Shown: positions 20,290-29,848 of the stretch, piece by piece | How positions within the stretch are numbered: position 1 is the first letter of the stretch | How the letters are laid out: every line of letters starts with the position of its first letter | From: an uncultured Acidobacteriota bacterium | GTDB lineage: Bacteria > Actinomycetota > Acidimicrobiia > Acidimicrobiales > SHLQ01 | Reading direction: 5' to 3' | Assembly: GCA_963738445.1 (NCBI GenBank) | Contig: CAVTWS010000024.1 | Span: 178,439 to 242,438, forward strand | DNA: 64,000 nucleotides | Translations under genes and position numbers: made by a program | The notes under the pieces: generated by a model | Seen by the model: the letters and a program-made list of their open reading frames with translations, nothing else | Databases searched by the model: none | Told to the model about the DNA's origin: nothing

Positions 20290-21012
20290 ATGGCGCCCCT
20301 TCCCCTCGTCCTCATCCATGGCGGTGGCTTCGCCGCCTCGTGCTGGGACCCCACCATCCCGCACCTGGCCGACCCGGTGCTCGCCGTCGACCTCCCCGGA
20401 CGTGGGCGCCATCCCGCGCCGCTCGTGGGGCTGACCATCGAGGACTTCGCCTCCTCGGTGCTCGCCGACATCGACGAGGCGGGCCTGGACCGGGTGATCC
20501 TCGTCGGACATTCGATGGCGGGCGTCACGATGCCTCGGGTGGCGGCGCGGCTCGGCGATCAATGCGCCGGCATCATCTTCGTCGCCTGCACCGTGCCCCC
20601 GGACGGGGGAACGATCATCGACACCTTGCCGGCGGACTTCCAGGACACCGTGCGCACCACCGTCGCGGCGTCCGTCGACAAGGACCCCGAGATCTTGGAT
20701 CCTGAGCGGGCGTTCGCCATCTTCGGCAACGGCCTCACCCAGGCCATGTGGGACATGTGCGTGCGCCTGATGACCCGCGAGGCTCCCGGCATCACCTTGG
20801 AGACCGTCGACATCTCGCCGTACTACGAGGTCGAGAACAAGATGTGGATCCTGTGCACCGACGACGCCATCTGCATCCCGGAGAACCAGCGTCGGTTCGC
20901 CGGGTACGCCCGCACCGACACCGTCGAGCTGGAGGCCAGCCACATGGCCATGATCCAACGCCCGGTCCAGCTCGCCGCCACCATCGAGGCGATCCGCAAC
21001 CACTGGTCATAG
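20290..21012 (+). CDS. Alpha/beta-hydrolase fold protein.
   Basis: LVLIHGGG is followed by a GHSMAG nucleophile elbow. The ORF is intact. Confidence 0.8.
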   Translation: MAPLPLVLIHGGGFAASCWDPTIPHLADPVLAVDLPGRGRHPAPLVGLTIEDFASSVLADIDEAGLDRVILVGHSMAGVTMPRVAARLGDQCAGIIFVACTVPPDGGTIIDTLPADFQDTVRTTVAASVDKDPEILDPERAFAIFGNGLTQAMWDMCVRLMTREAPGITLETVDISPYYEVENKMWILCTDDAICIPENQRRFAGYARTDTVELEASHMAMIQRPVQLAATIEAIRNHWS

Positions 21013-21072
21013 GCGGTCCGGGCCTGCCGGGGCCGGCGCGGGTCACGAGGCGGTGCGCCCGAGTTCGTCGGG

Positions 21073-21609
21073 CTACAGCCAGCTGACCCGAGCCGAGGTG
21101 ACGTTGCCTTCCGGGGCCACGGCGAGCTTCCCCTGATGCACCTGGTCCAGGAGGTGCCGGGTGGACGCCACGATCGCCGGCGCCGCCTCGCGGATGCCCT
21201 CGATGTCGGTCTCGGTGACATCGCCGGGTTCGACACGAGCCTCAGCCAGGACGGGGCCGAGGTCGCGCAGTCGTTCCTCGAGCCAGTCGAGTGGTGAGGC
21301 GCTGAGCTCGGGCACGAAGGTCCGCCGACCCGGCTCCCAGCCACGGAAGCGCGGATGGTGGTGGGTCCGGTCGAACGATCCGGCGGGACCGTCGGCGGAT
21401 TCGAGCAGGTCGATGCGCCACAACGGCTCGCCCACGGCGATGGGGCGCGAGGCGTAGATGGAGCCCTCGATCGCACCCGGCTCGAGCCGGCGAAGCTCCA
21501 GGCGCACCCCGCGTTCGGCGCCCTCCTGCCCCGGCTCGGGCGATGGGTCGACGAAGTAGAGGTCGCTGAGGACCATGGCCACTCGCTCGAATCCGAACAG
21601 CTGCAACAT
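21073..21609 (-). CDS. Hypothetical protein.
   Basis: Intact 178-aa ORF with good codon usage and no recognisable motif. Confidence 0.45.
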   Translation of the reverse strand: MLQLFGFERVAMVLSDLYFVDPSPEPGQEGAERGVRLELRRLEPGAIEGSIYASRPIAVGEPLWRIDLLESADGPAGSFDRTHHHPRFRGWEPGRRTFVPELSASPLDWLEERLRDLGPVLAEARVEPGDVTETDIEGIREAAPAIVASTRHLLDQVHQGKLAVAPEGNVTSARVSWL

Positions 21610-21717
21610 GCGGCCACCCTACCCGAGCCGAATCTCCGGGCTCCTGGCTCGCCGGGCTCGGGGTCGCCGGGCTCGGGATGTGAGGGTGTCCCGGTGTCTG
21701 GGTGTCCGGTGGGGAGA

Positions 21718-22140
21718 TCAGACCCGCTCGAGGACCACCACCGGGATCAGCCGATCCGTGTTGGCGGCATATTCGTCGAAGTTCGGCATCAGGTCCGCCT
21801 GGGCGCGGAACAAGCGGTCCCGCTCGTCGCCCTCGACGATGCGGGCCGTGGCCTCGAACGTCTCGCCCGGGAGCTCGACCGTGACCTCGGGATGGGCCTT
21901 CATGTTGAGGAACCAGTGCGGGTGGGCGGGAGCGCCACCCTTCGAGGCGATGATGACGACCCGGTCATCGTCGAGGGTGTGGACCAGAGGAATGGTGCGC
22001 TTCATCCCCGTCTTGGCGCCCGTGGTCGTGATCACCACCAGCGGTTGGCCGGCGAAGACACCGGTGACGTTGCCGCCGGACGCTCGGAATTCATTGATGA
22101 GGTTCGTGTTGAAGTCGTGCATGTCGAAGGTGTCGGCCAT
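21718..22140 (-). CDS. Deazaflavin (F420H2)-dependent nitroreductase-family protein (DUF385).
   Basis: MADTFDMHDFNTNLINEFRA...PLVVITTTGAKTGMKRTIPLV...HPHWFLNMKAHPEV. Confidence 0.75.
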   Translation of the reverse strand: MADTFDMHDFNTNLINEFRASGGNVTGVFAGQPLVVITTTGAKTGMKRTIPLVHTLDDDRVVIIASKGGAPAHPHWFLNMKAHPEVTVELPGETFEATARIVEGDERDRLFRAQADLMPNFDEYAANTDRLIPVVVLERV

Positions 22141-22271
22141 GCCTGCAACCCTACCGAGCGACCCCTCGACCTGCGCCGAACACCGCCATCGGGACCTCGG
22201 CATGTCACCCCGAACCACCGAAGGAGGCGTCTTCGTCGCGTTCCGTGGTCCATCTCGCCGCCCGTGACCGA

Positions 22272-22296
22272 GGGGGGGCAATTCTGCCCCTTTTCG
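22272..22296 (+). terminator. Terminator-like hairpin (GGGGGCA-attc-TGCCCC followed by TTTTCG) in the leader of the secreted-protein gene.
   Basis: A perfect 6-7 bp GC stem plus a T tract, followed by the AT-richer element GGTATATCACT. Confidence 0.4.
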
Positions 22297-22378
22297 TGGT
22301 ATATCACTCTGCGTGTGCTAGACCGTCACGCACGGCGGTGCGACGTACCGGCCTTACGTGACAGGGAGATTCAGACGA

Positions 22379-23572
22379 TGAGCAGTGCACTTCGCGGACG
22401 GATGGTGTTCCGTCTCGTCCTCATGGCGGCGGTGGTGGCGCTCGTGGCCGTCGTCATGACCACCGCCCGAGCCGAGAGCAGCGACGAAGCCGGCGCCCAG
22501 CCGGACCAGACCGGCAGCTTCAAGATCATCAAGACGCACCCGGGCTTCCCGCAGAGCGACGTCGTGGACGACATGTTCCAGTTCGACGTCGAGTGCTCCG
22601 ACACCAACGGTCGCGAGATCGCCAACGGCGGCCCCGTACATCTACCCGGATGACTTCACGGGCGCTCAGGTGCAAGACCCCACCGAGCTCCCCCTGGGCA
22701 CCGACTGCATCGTCACCGAGACCACACTGGCCGCGGGCGCCGCGTTCGGATCCTGGCTGGTCGAGACCGATGTCGAAGCCGGGCAGGCCTTCATCCCGCA
22801 GAACCCCCGCACCGTCACCATCAACAACGCGAGCGGCAACAACACGATCCGGTTCCGCAACACGCTCGAGGAGCCCGAGCCGGTCCCCGCTCAGTTCACC
22901 ATCGTCAAGAACTTCAACCCGTCGACGGCGGCCGACGGCACCGCCTTCTACTACCAGGTGATCTGTGAACGCGGGGGCCAGAACCTGTTCACGGGGGCGT
23001 TCGGCCCGCTCGACACGCACGGCGAGGAGCTCGTCATCAGCAACATCGGCCCCGGCGGCACGCTCGAGGTCGGCGACCAGTGCACGGTCGAGGAGACCGG
23101 CGCCGGCTTCGGACCGTTGCCCACCGGCTGGACCGTGTCGCCCACGGGGGCGGTTCCGGTCACGCCCGGTACGCCGGCCGACGACGTCACCGTCACCTTC
23201 GTCAACACGCCGCCGCCCGTCGTGCCCGAGTACGGGAACATCCGCATCGTCAAGATCGCCCCTCCCGGAGACTTCGGGTTCTTCTTCACGATCAGTTGCG
23301 AGTCAGTTGGCGTCGGTCTCAACTATCCCGGTGACTTCACCAATGGCGAGGCCCTCATCCCCGACCTTCCGGCCGGCGAACTCTGCGTGGTCGTAGAAGA
23401 CTTCCCCAATGGCGACATCACCGATTTCGCCACCAGCGTCAACGGTGTGTGTGGCCTGGACGGTGCCGGCGCCATCGTGGCCAACGAGACGCTCACCTTC
23501 ACCTTCGTCAACGAGCTGGTCGACGATTACACCGGTCAGTCCGTCTGCCCGCCGAACCAGCCAGACAACTGA
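22379..23572 (+). CDS. Secreted protein with three tandem DUF5979/Cna-B-like (prealbumin-fold) repeat domains. There is one frame break near 22635.
   Basis: Signal peptide MSSALRGRMVFRLVLMAAVVALVAVVMTTARAES. The repeated pattern FKIIKT...FQFDVEC / FTIVKNF...YQVICE / IRIVKIA...FTISCE appears with CTVTET-like motifs. The two ORFs join when the frame is shifted at GGPV|YIYPDDF. Confidence 0.65.
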
Positions 23573-23597
23573 CCCAGCCCGTCTCCTCGGGGGAAGC

Positions 23598-23654
23598 CGG
23601 AGCCCGCACCTGAAAGGGTGCGGGCTCTGCTGCTTTTCGCACCTCTCGAGGTGC
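23598..23654. terminator. Two GC hairpins between the convergent secreted-protein and coxL genes. The first is followed by TGCTGCTTTTCG.
   Basis: GAGCCCGCACC-tgaaag-GGTGCGGGCTC at 23600-23627, and GCACCT-ctcg-AGGTGC at 23639-23654. Confidence 0.5.
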
Positions 23655-23675
23655 GGGCTCTGCCGCGTCGCCGGG

Positions 23676-25992
23676 TCAGATTGGGTCCCCGTCGGGGTGG
23701 AGCGTGCTCCACACCCGGTCGGGGGTCAGCGGTGTCGTCACCAGGGACCAGTCGGCCTCCGGGATCGCCGCGACGACGGCGTTCACGACGGCGGCGTAGG
23801 CGCCGTTGGTTCCGCCCTCGCCCATGCCTTTCATGCCCCCGGGTGTGTACGGGCTCGGCGTCTCGATGTGCTCGATGAGGATGTCGGGGACGGTGGCACT
23901 GACGGGCACCTGGTAATCGAGCAGCGTCGACGACTGCGGCTGCCCGTCGGCGTCGTACCCCACGGCCTCCATCAGGGCGGCGCCGATCCCTTGGGCGACA
24001 CCACCGTGGATCTGCCCCTCGACGATCATGGGGTTCACGATCGTGCCGCAGTCGTTGACCACGACGTACTCCTCGACCTCGACGTGACCGGTCGACTCGT
24101 CGATGGCCACCCGGCACGCGTGGGTGGCGTAGGAGAAGGTGGCGCTCGGCGGGTCGTAGGCATAGGTGGCCTGGAGCCCGGGCTCCATCCCGTCGGGCAG
24201 ACGGAACCCTTGCCATGCCCGGCGGGCCACGGCGACGATGTCGACGGACACCTCCGTGCCCACCACTCGGGCTCGACCACCGACCAGCTCGATGTCGGCC
24301 GGGTTGGATTCGAGCATCTCCGCGGCCACGGCGGCGATCTGGCCGGCCACCCGCCGGCTGGCGACCAGGGCGCTGCCCCCGCCCACCGCCATCGACCGGG
24401 AGGCCGCCGTGCCGTACGCCGAGTACGGGGCGGTGTCGGTGTCGCCGTGGACGAGCGCGATCACGGACGGGTCGACGCCGAGCTGATCGGCGACGAGCTG
24501 GGGGATGGAGGTCTCGAGCCCTTGGCCGTGGGGCGACACGCCCGTGGCCACCCGGACGGAACCGTCGGGTTCCATGCGGACGACCGCCGTCTCGTACCCG
24601 CCGATGGCCAGGCCGATCAGCTCGTTGTCGTTGCTGTTGCCGATGCCGGCCATCTGGACGTAGCTGCAGAACCCCACGCCGCGCCGCCGGCCATCGTCGG
24701 ACACCGGCGATTCGGCGATCATCTCGGCCGCTCGCCGCAGCGCGGCCGGGTAGTCCCCGTTGTCGAAGGTCAGGAAGGTGCGCGTGGTGTAGGGCAGCTC
24801 GCCCGGGCCGAGCATGTTCCTGAGCCGCAGGTCCACCGGGTCGACGCCGAGCTCGGCGGCCACGAGTTCGACGGCGCGGCTCTCGGATCATGGCGGCCTG
24901 GGTCTGCCCGAATCCTCGGTAGGCGCCGGTGGACATGGTGGTCGTGGCGACCAACCGGCCCACGCCGCGCACCGCCTCCCACCGGTACGGACCGGGGAGG
25001 TTGCCGTACGCCGTGAACAGTGGGCCGCCCCCGAACACTGCGAACCGCGCTCCGGCATTGCGGCAGCCGGCGACGCGGAGACCCCGCAGGGTGCCGTCCC
25101 GATCGAACGCCACGTCGACCTCGTGGAGCTCGTCGCGTGCGTGCGTGGTGGCCACCAGCGACTCGAACCGATCCTCGACCCATTTGACGGGACACCCGAG
25201 CTCGAGGGCGGCGACGATCACCATCATCTCGTCCTCGTACAGGTGGTCCTTCAGACCGAACCCACCGCCGACATCAGGGGCGATCACCCGCACCGAAGAT
25301 TGGCGGAGGTTCAGCACCTCGCAGATGACGTCCCGGACGGCGTGGGGAGCCTGGGTGGAGGTGTACACGGTCAGGCGCCCACCCGGTTCCGGGATGGCCA
25401 CGACACCCCGGGTCTCCATGGCCAACCCGTGTACCCGCCCGATGCGGATCGTCGTCGACAGCACCCGATCGGCGCGAGCGAAGGTCTCGTCGGTGTGGTC
25501 AGCGGGATCCCCCGCCTCGAAGGTGGCGAGAACGTTCGAGCCGCGATCGGGGTAGAGCAGCGGCGCACCGGGGGCCAGCGCCGCCTCCATGGTGGCGACC
25601 GGTGGGAGGTCGTCGATCCCGAGCTCGATCTCGTCGACGCCGTCCTCGGCCTCGTATCGATTCGAGGCGACCACGACACCGATCGGCTGCCCCACGTACC
25701 GGAGATGCCCGTCGACGACGGGCGTGTGGCGCTGGTCCTGGTCCCCGACGACCCACAGCACCGGGAGCCCGCCGTGGCAGCGCCCCTCGATGGCGGAAGG
25801 ACCGACGAAGTCGACGCCGGCGGGTAGGGACTCGGCGGTCACCGACGTGACGACCCCGTGGGCGACCGGGCTGCGGAGCACGGCCGCCTCCCGGAGCCCC
25901 GGCACGACGATGTCGTCGAGATAGCGACCGGTGCCGCGAAGTGCCTTGTGATCGTTGACCCGCGGTGTACGCCGGCCTACATGGGGCGTCAT
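23676..25992 (-). CDS. Large (molybdopterin-binding) subunit of a xanthine dehydrogenase / CO dehydrogenase family enzyme. There is one frame break near 24870.
   Basis: N-terminal MTPHVGRRTPRVNDHKALRGTGRYLDDI. C-terminal half in the 23676-24863 frame has GGFGLK, GQIHGGVAQGIG, etc. The break removes one nucleotide at MIRE|RAVELVAAELG. Confidence 0.8.
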
Positions 25993-26489
25993 GACGGCTC
26001 GCCGTGTGACAGGGCCGCCCAGGCCTGGTCGACCGCGGCGCGGATGTTCACGTAACCGGTGCAGCGGCAGAGGTGGCCGTCGAGGACCTCGGATCGCGCG
26101 ACGTCGAGAGAGACGCCTTGCCGGTAGGCCGCGACCAGCGACATCACGATCCCCGGCGTGCAGAATCCGCACTGCAGGCCGTGGTGCTCGTGGAACGCAA
26201 CCTGCACCGGGTGCTCACCGACGTCGGCGCCGGCCCTCGGTCCGCCGATGCTCTCGATCGTCTCGATCTCAGCGCCGGTGGCCTGCACCGCCAAGGTGAG
26301 GCAGGACCGTTGCGCCCGACCGTCGCAGATGACGGTGCACGCGCCACACGCTCCCTGCTCGCACCCCACATGGGTGCCGGTGAGACCGAGCTGGTGTCGC
26401 AGCGCATCACTCAACAGCGTGCGGGGTTCGAGGTCGACGGTGTGCTCGATGCCGTTCACGGTCAGCGTCACGGTCCGGGGGCTGGTCAT
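25989..26489 (-). CDS. (2Fe-2S)-binding small subunit (CoxS-like).
   Basis: CEQGACGACTV and CGFCTPG cysteine motifs. The ATGA start overlaps the large-subunit stop. Confidence 0.9.
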   Translation of the reverse strand: MTSPRTVTLTVNGIEHTVDLEPRTLLSDALRHQLGLTGTHVGCEQGACGACTVICDGRAQRSCLTLAVQATGAEIETIESIGGPRAGADVGEHPVQVAFHEHHGLQCGFCTPGIVMSLVAAYRQGVSLDVARSEVLDGHLCRCTGYVNIRAAVDQAWAALSHGEPS

Positions 26490-27331
26490 GCCACGCTCGC
26501 CAGCGCCCGGGCGACCAGGATCGCCGCCACGTGACGCCGGTACCGGGCCGAGGCGTGGTTGTCGTCGCGGGCCTCCACGGTGTCGCAGACGATCGCCGCC
26601 GCCTCGGCGAGCACGGCCGATGTCGGCTCTTGTCCGAGGAGCGACCGCTCGGCTTCGTCACACCGCACCGCGGTTCCGGCGGCGCCGAAGACGACGACGG
26701 CCGGCGACTCGATGCGCCCGTCCACCGCAGTAAAGCCGGCCACACAACCCACGAGCGCGAAGTCCCCCGGGCGGGGGGCGAGCTCCCGGACCGCCAACCG
26801 TCCGCCGTGGCGGGGGATCCGGACCTCGACGAGCAGCTCGTCGGCCTGGCGATCGGTCATCAACGGACCCTGGAGGAACTGGCGGGTCGAGACGACACGT
26901 TCGCCCCGATCACGGCTCCGAAGCACCACCTCGCCGTCGACCGCGAGCATCAGGGCCGGCAATTCGGCGGCGGGGTCGGCGTGGGCCATGCTCCCGCCGA
27001 GGGTGGCACGGGCGCGGATCGGGCGGTGCGCCACGTGGGCCAGCGATTCCGCGAGGCCGGGTATCGTCCGGGCCGCGGTGGCCTCCTCGATGTCGAGCAT
27101 CGTCGCCAGAGCTCCGGCTCGGAGGCCGTGGTCATCGAACGAGAAGGAGCGCATGGCACGGATCCGCCGCGGGTCCACGACGAGCGTGGGCCGGGCGAGC
27201 CGGAGGTTCAGCAGCGGGATGAGGCTCTGCCCGCCGGCGATCACGACGGCGTCGTCGCCGTGCTCGGCGAGAAGGTCGAGCACGGCATCGACGTCGTCAG
27301 GATCGGCGTAGTCGAACGGCGGTGGCTTCAT
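26486..27331 (-). CDS. FAD-binding medium subunit (CoxM-like) of the molybdenum hydroxylase.
   Basis: AVVIAGGQSLIPLLNLRLARP. A 4-nt overlap with the small-subunit start. Confidence 0.85.
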   Translation of the reverse strand: MKPPPFDYADPDDVDAVLDLLAEHGDDAVVIAGGQSLIPLLNLRLARPTLVVDPRRIRAMRSFSFDDHGLRAGALATMLDIEEATAARTIPGLAESLAHVAHRPIRARATLGGSMAHADPAAELPALMLAVDGEVVLRSRDRGERVVSTRQFLQGPLMTDRQADELLVEVRIPRHGGRLAVRELAPRPGDFALVGCVAGFTAVDGRIESPAVVVFGAAGTAVRCDEAERSLLGQEPTSAVLAEAAAIVCDTVEARDDNHASARYRRHVAAILVARALASVA

Positions 27332-27356
27332 CGCCCCGCACGCTACCCCGACCGGT

Positions 27357-27860
27357 TCAGGAGCTGGAGTGGACCTCGGCGAGCAGGGCGTCGGTCTGGC
27401 CCAGGGCTTCGGTCATACCCTCGTCCATGCCCATCGACAGGACCTGCTCCATGGCTTCCGGCGACGGGAACACGGTCGTGATGTCCATGGTCGTTCCACC
27501 CTCGGAGCGCGATGTCAGCGTGACCTCCATGCGCATGGACGGCATGTCGGGGTTGGGTCGACCCGTGTCGTCGCCGAAGCCGTCCTGGAAGGTCAGGCGG
27601 CGCGACGGCTCGACCGCGATGATCTCCCACCACCCGTGCGCACGGTCTCCCTCGGGCCCGGTCATGTAGTAGCTGACCGTGGCCCCCGGGGTGAGGGAGT
27701 GCTCGACGAACGTGGCCGGGTAGGTGGGCGGCCCCCACCAGCGTTCGAGCAGGCGCGGGTTCTCCCACAAGGCCCACACCCGGTCGGGCGGTGCGTCGTA
27801 GCTCGAGGTGATGGTCAGGGTGAGCGCGGACGGGTCCTTCTTCACGGCGGTGACGGTCAT
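27357..27860 (-). CDS. SRPBCC family protein (AHSA1/Aha1-like).
   Basis: AGGAGG sits 7 nt upstream of the ATG at 27860. The start overlaps the upstream ArsR stop. Confidence 0.8.
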   Translation of the reverse strand: MTVTAVKKDPSALTLTITSSYDAPPDRVWALWENPRLLERWWGPPTYPATFVEHSLTPGATVSYYMTGPEGDRAHGWWEIIAVEPSRRLTFQDGFGDDTGRPNPDMPSMRMEVTLTSRSEGGTTMDITTVFPSPEAMEQVLSMGMDEGMTEALGQTDALLAEVHSSS

Positions 27861-28303
27861 GGTTGGATACCTCCTGATTCGGTTCTGGCTCGTGGGGATT
27901 CGGCTCGCGGGGATTCGGCTGGGTCGGGGTCGTCGAGCACTTCGGCGAATCGGTCGAGGCGGCCGCGCCACAGATCCTCGAGTTGATTCAGCAGGTCACG
28001 AGCGTGGGCGAGGGGTGCGTTGTCCCCGACCACGATCTGTTCCCTCCCCCGGCGGTGTTTACCCACCAGCCCGGCTCGCTCGAGCACATTCACGTGCTTC
28101 TGGACGGCCGTGACGCTCATCGGATACCGGCGGGCCAGCGCCGACACCGAGCACGGCGAGCGCAACGCGACGGCGACGATGTCGCGGCGGGTCGCATCAG
28201 CCAGAGCGTGGAACACGAGGTCAGCCCGGACACTGTCCCCGGTTTCACGTCCCCCCCCTGGCGAGGCCGGCCCATCATCGCTTTCCACGAGATCTCTCTC
28301 CAC
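27857..28303 (-). CDS. ArsR/SmtB-family transcriptional regulator with 5-aa tandem repeats at both termini.
   Basis: HTH region LVFHALADATRRDIVAVAL...MSVTAVQKHVNVLERAGLV. The GTG start at 28303 or 28288 was chosen so that the palindrome at 28328-28351 lies upstream. Confidence 0.7.
   Translation of the reverse strand: MERDLVESDDGPASPGGGRETGDSVRADLVFHALADATRRDIVAVALRSPCSVSALARRYPMSVTAVQKHVNVLERAGLVGKHRRGREQIVVGDNAPLAHARDLLNQLEDLWRGRLDRFAEVLDDPDPAESPRAESPRARTESGGIQP
27881..27927. repeat. 15-bp tandem repeat, three copies, encoding the ArsR C-terminal tail (AESPR repeats).
   Basis: GGTTCTGGCTCGTGG / GGATTCGGCTCGCGG / GGATTCGGCTGGGTCGG. Confidence 0.6.
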
Positions 28304-28327
28304 AGGATCGCTCTCAACAGGGTCGCT

Positions 28328-28351
28328 ACCTACAACTATATGGTTGTAGGT
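28328..28351. promoter_or_regulatory. Inverted repeat ACCTACAAC-N5-GGTTGTAGGT. It is a candidate ArsR operator between arsR and the divergent amidohydrolase gene.
   Basis: Near-perfect 9-10 bp arms about 25 nt upstream of the proposed ArsR start and 95 nt upstream of the amidohydrolase GTG. Confidence 0.5.
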
Positions 28352-28443
28352 TAGCGCACGTGCTCGCATTTGTCACGCGTGACCCGAAGACCGCATCCGG
28401 GCCGCGCCGTACACTCGCCTCCACCTGACCCTGGAGGTTCGGC

Positions 28444-29822
28444 GTGAACGACGTCCTGATCCGCAACGGCATCGTGCTCCCGATGGAGGGCGACAAGGTC
28501 GTCCATGATCCCGGATCGGTCCTCGTGCTCGACGGCCGCATCGCCGCGGTCGGCCCGGTCGGGGACATCGACCGGCACGAGGCGGCCGGGCGGGTGCCGA
28601 CGGTCGACGCCACGAGGCACGCGGTGATGCCCGGGATCCACAACTGCCATCTGCACTCCGGCCTGCTCCGGGGCACCGCCGAGTCGATGGCGCTGTGGGA
28701 GTGGCTGGAGAACCACGTCGACCCGGCCCATCGGGCGCTGACCCCCGAGATCGCCGAGGCCGCGTCGTGCATGGCCTACACCGAGGGGCTGCGCGGTGGC
28801 ACCACGTCGGTGCTCGACATGTGGCGCTTCATGGAGGGCTCGGCCCGCGCCGCCGAGGCCATCGGCATCCGCGCCACCCTGGCGCCCTACACCGCCGATC
28901 TGTACGACTACTTCGAGACGCTCGAGTCGAACCGTCGGCTGCTCGAGACCCACCGCACCGCCGCTGACGGTCGGGTGCGCACGTGGGTCGGGCTGGAGCA
29001 CATCTTCTACTGCTCGCCGCAGATGTTCCGCGACGCCGCCGATCTGGCCGAGGAGTTCGACACCGGCATCCACACGCACTCGTCCGAGTCGATCTGGGAG
29101 GTGCAGGAATGCCTGCAGCCAGTTCGGCCGGCGACCTATCGAGGAGTTCTACAACCGCGGCATCCTCGGCCCGTCGACCGTCATCGCCCACGGCGTGTGG
29201 CTCGATGACCGGGAGGTCGAGCTGCTCGTCCAGACCGGCACCGCCGTGACGCATTGCCCGTGCTCCAACATGAAGCTGTCGTCCGGGCCCGCCCGCGTCG
29301 GGTACTACCGGGATCAGGGAGTCACGGTCGGACTCGGCACCGACGGCGAGAAGGAGAACAACAACCTCGACATGCTCGAGGAGATGAAGTTCGCTTCGCT
29401 GCTGCAGAAGGTGAGCACCCTCGACCCGACATCGGGCGACCCGTGGGACATCCTCGACATGGCGACCCGGTCCGGGGCTCGGGCCCTCGGGCTCGACTGA
29501 CGTCACGGGCACGCTCGAGGCCGGCAAGGACGCCGACATCGTGACGGTCGACCTGCGCTCGCTCCACTTCGTGCCCGTGCTCCACGGCGCCGACTTCAAC
29601 GTGCCGGCTCACCTGGTGTTCACGGCGTCCGCCCACGACGTCGCCGACGTGTGGGTGAAAGGCCGGCGGCTGGTCGAGGCTGGTCAGGTGATCTCCGTCG
29701 ACGTGCCGACCGTCGCCGAGCGGGCCCAGGCGGCCGCCGAGGAGCTGTTCGAGCGACGTCGCAACCTGCCGGGAGCAACCGCCAGCCCCGCCACCACGCT
29801 CGGCAAGTCGACCGACACCTGA
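28444..29822 (+). CDS. Amidohydrolase-superfamily protein, similar to cytosine/guanine/8-oxoguanine deaminases. There are two frame breaks, near 29110 and 29500.
   Basis: HNCHLHSG metal-binding motif. GIHTHSSES. GHGVWLDDRE...HCPCSNMKL in the second frame. DADIVTVDL in the third frame. A GGAGG sequence lies before the GTG at 28444. Confidence 0.75.
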
Positions 29823-29848
29823 CCCCGCGCGACAGGCGCGCCGGCGAT

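Noticed and set aside
22340-22360. Shared TACGTGAC(N)AGGGAG motif at 22343-22358 and 61833-61856.
   Set aside because: There are only two occurrences. The first overlaps the ribosome-binding site of the secreted-protein gene. This is too little evidence to call a regulatory motif.
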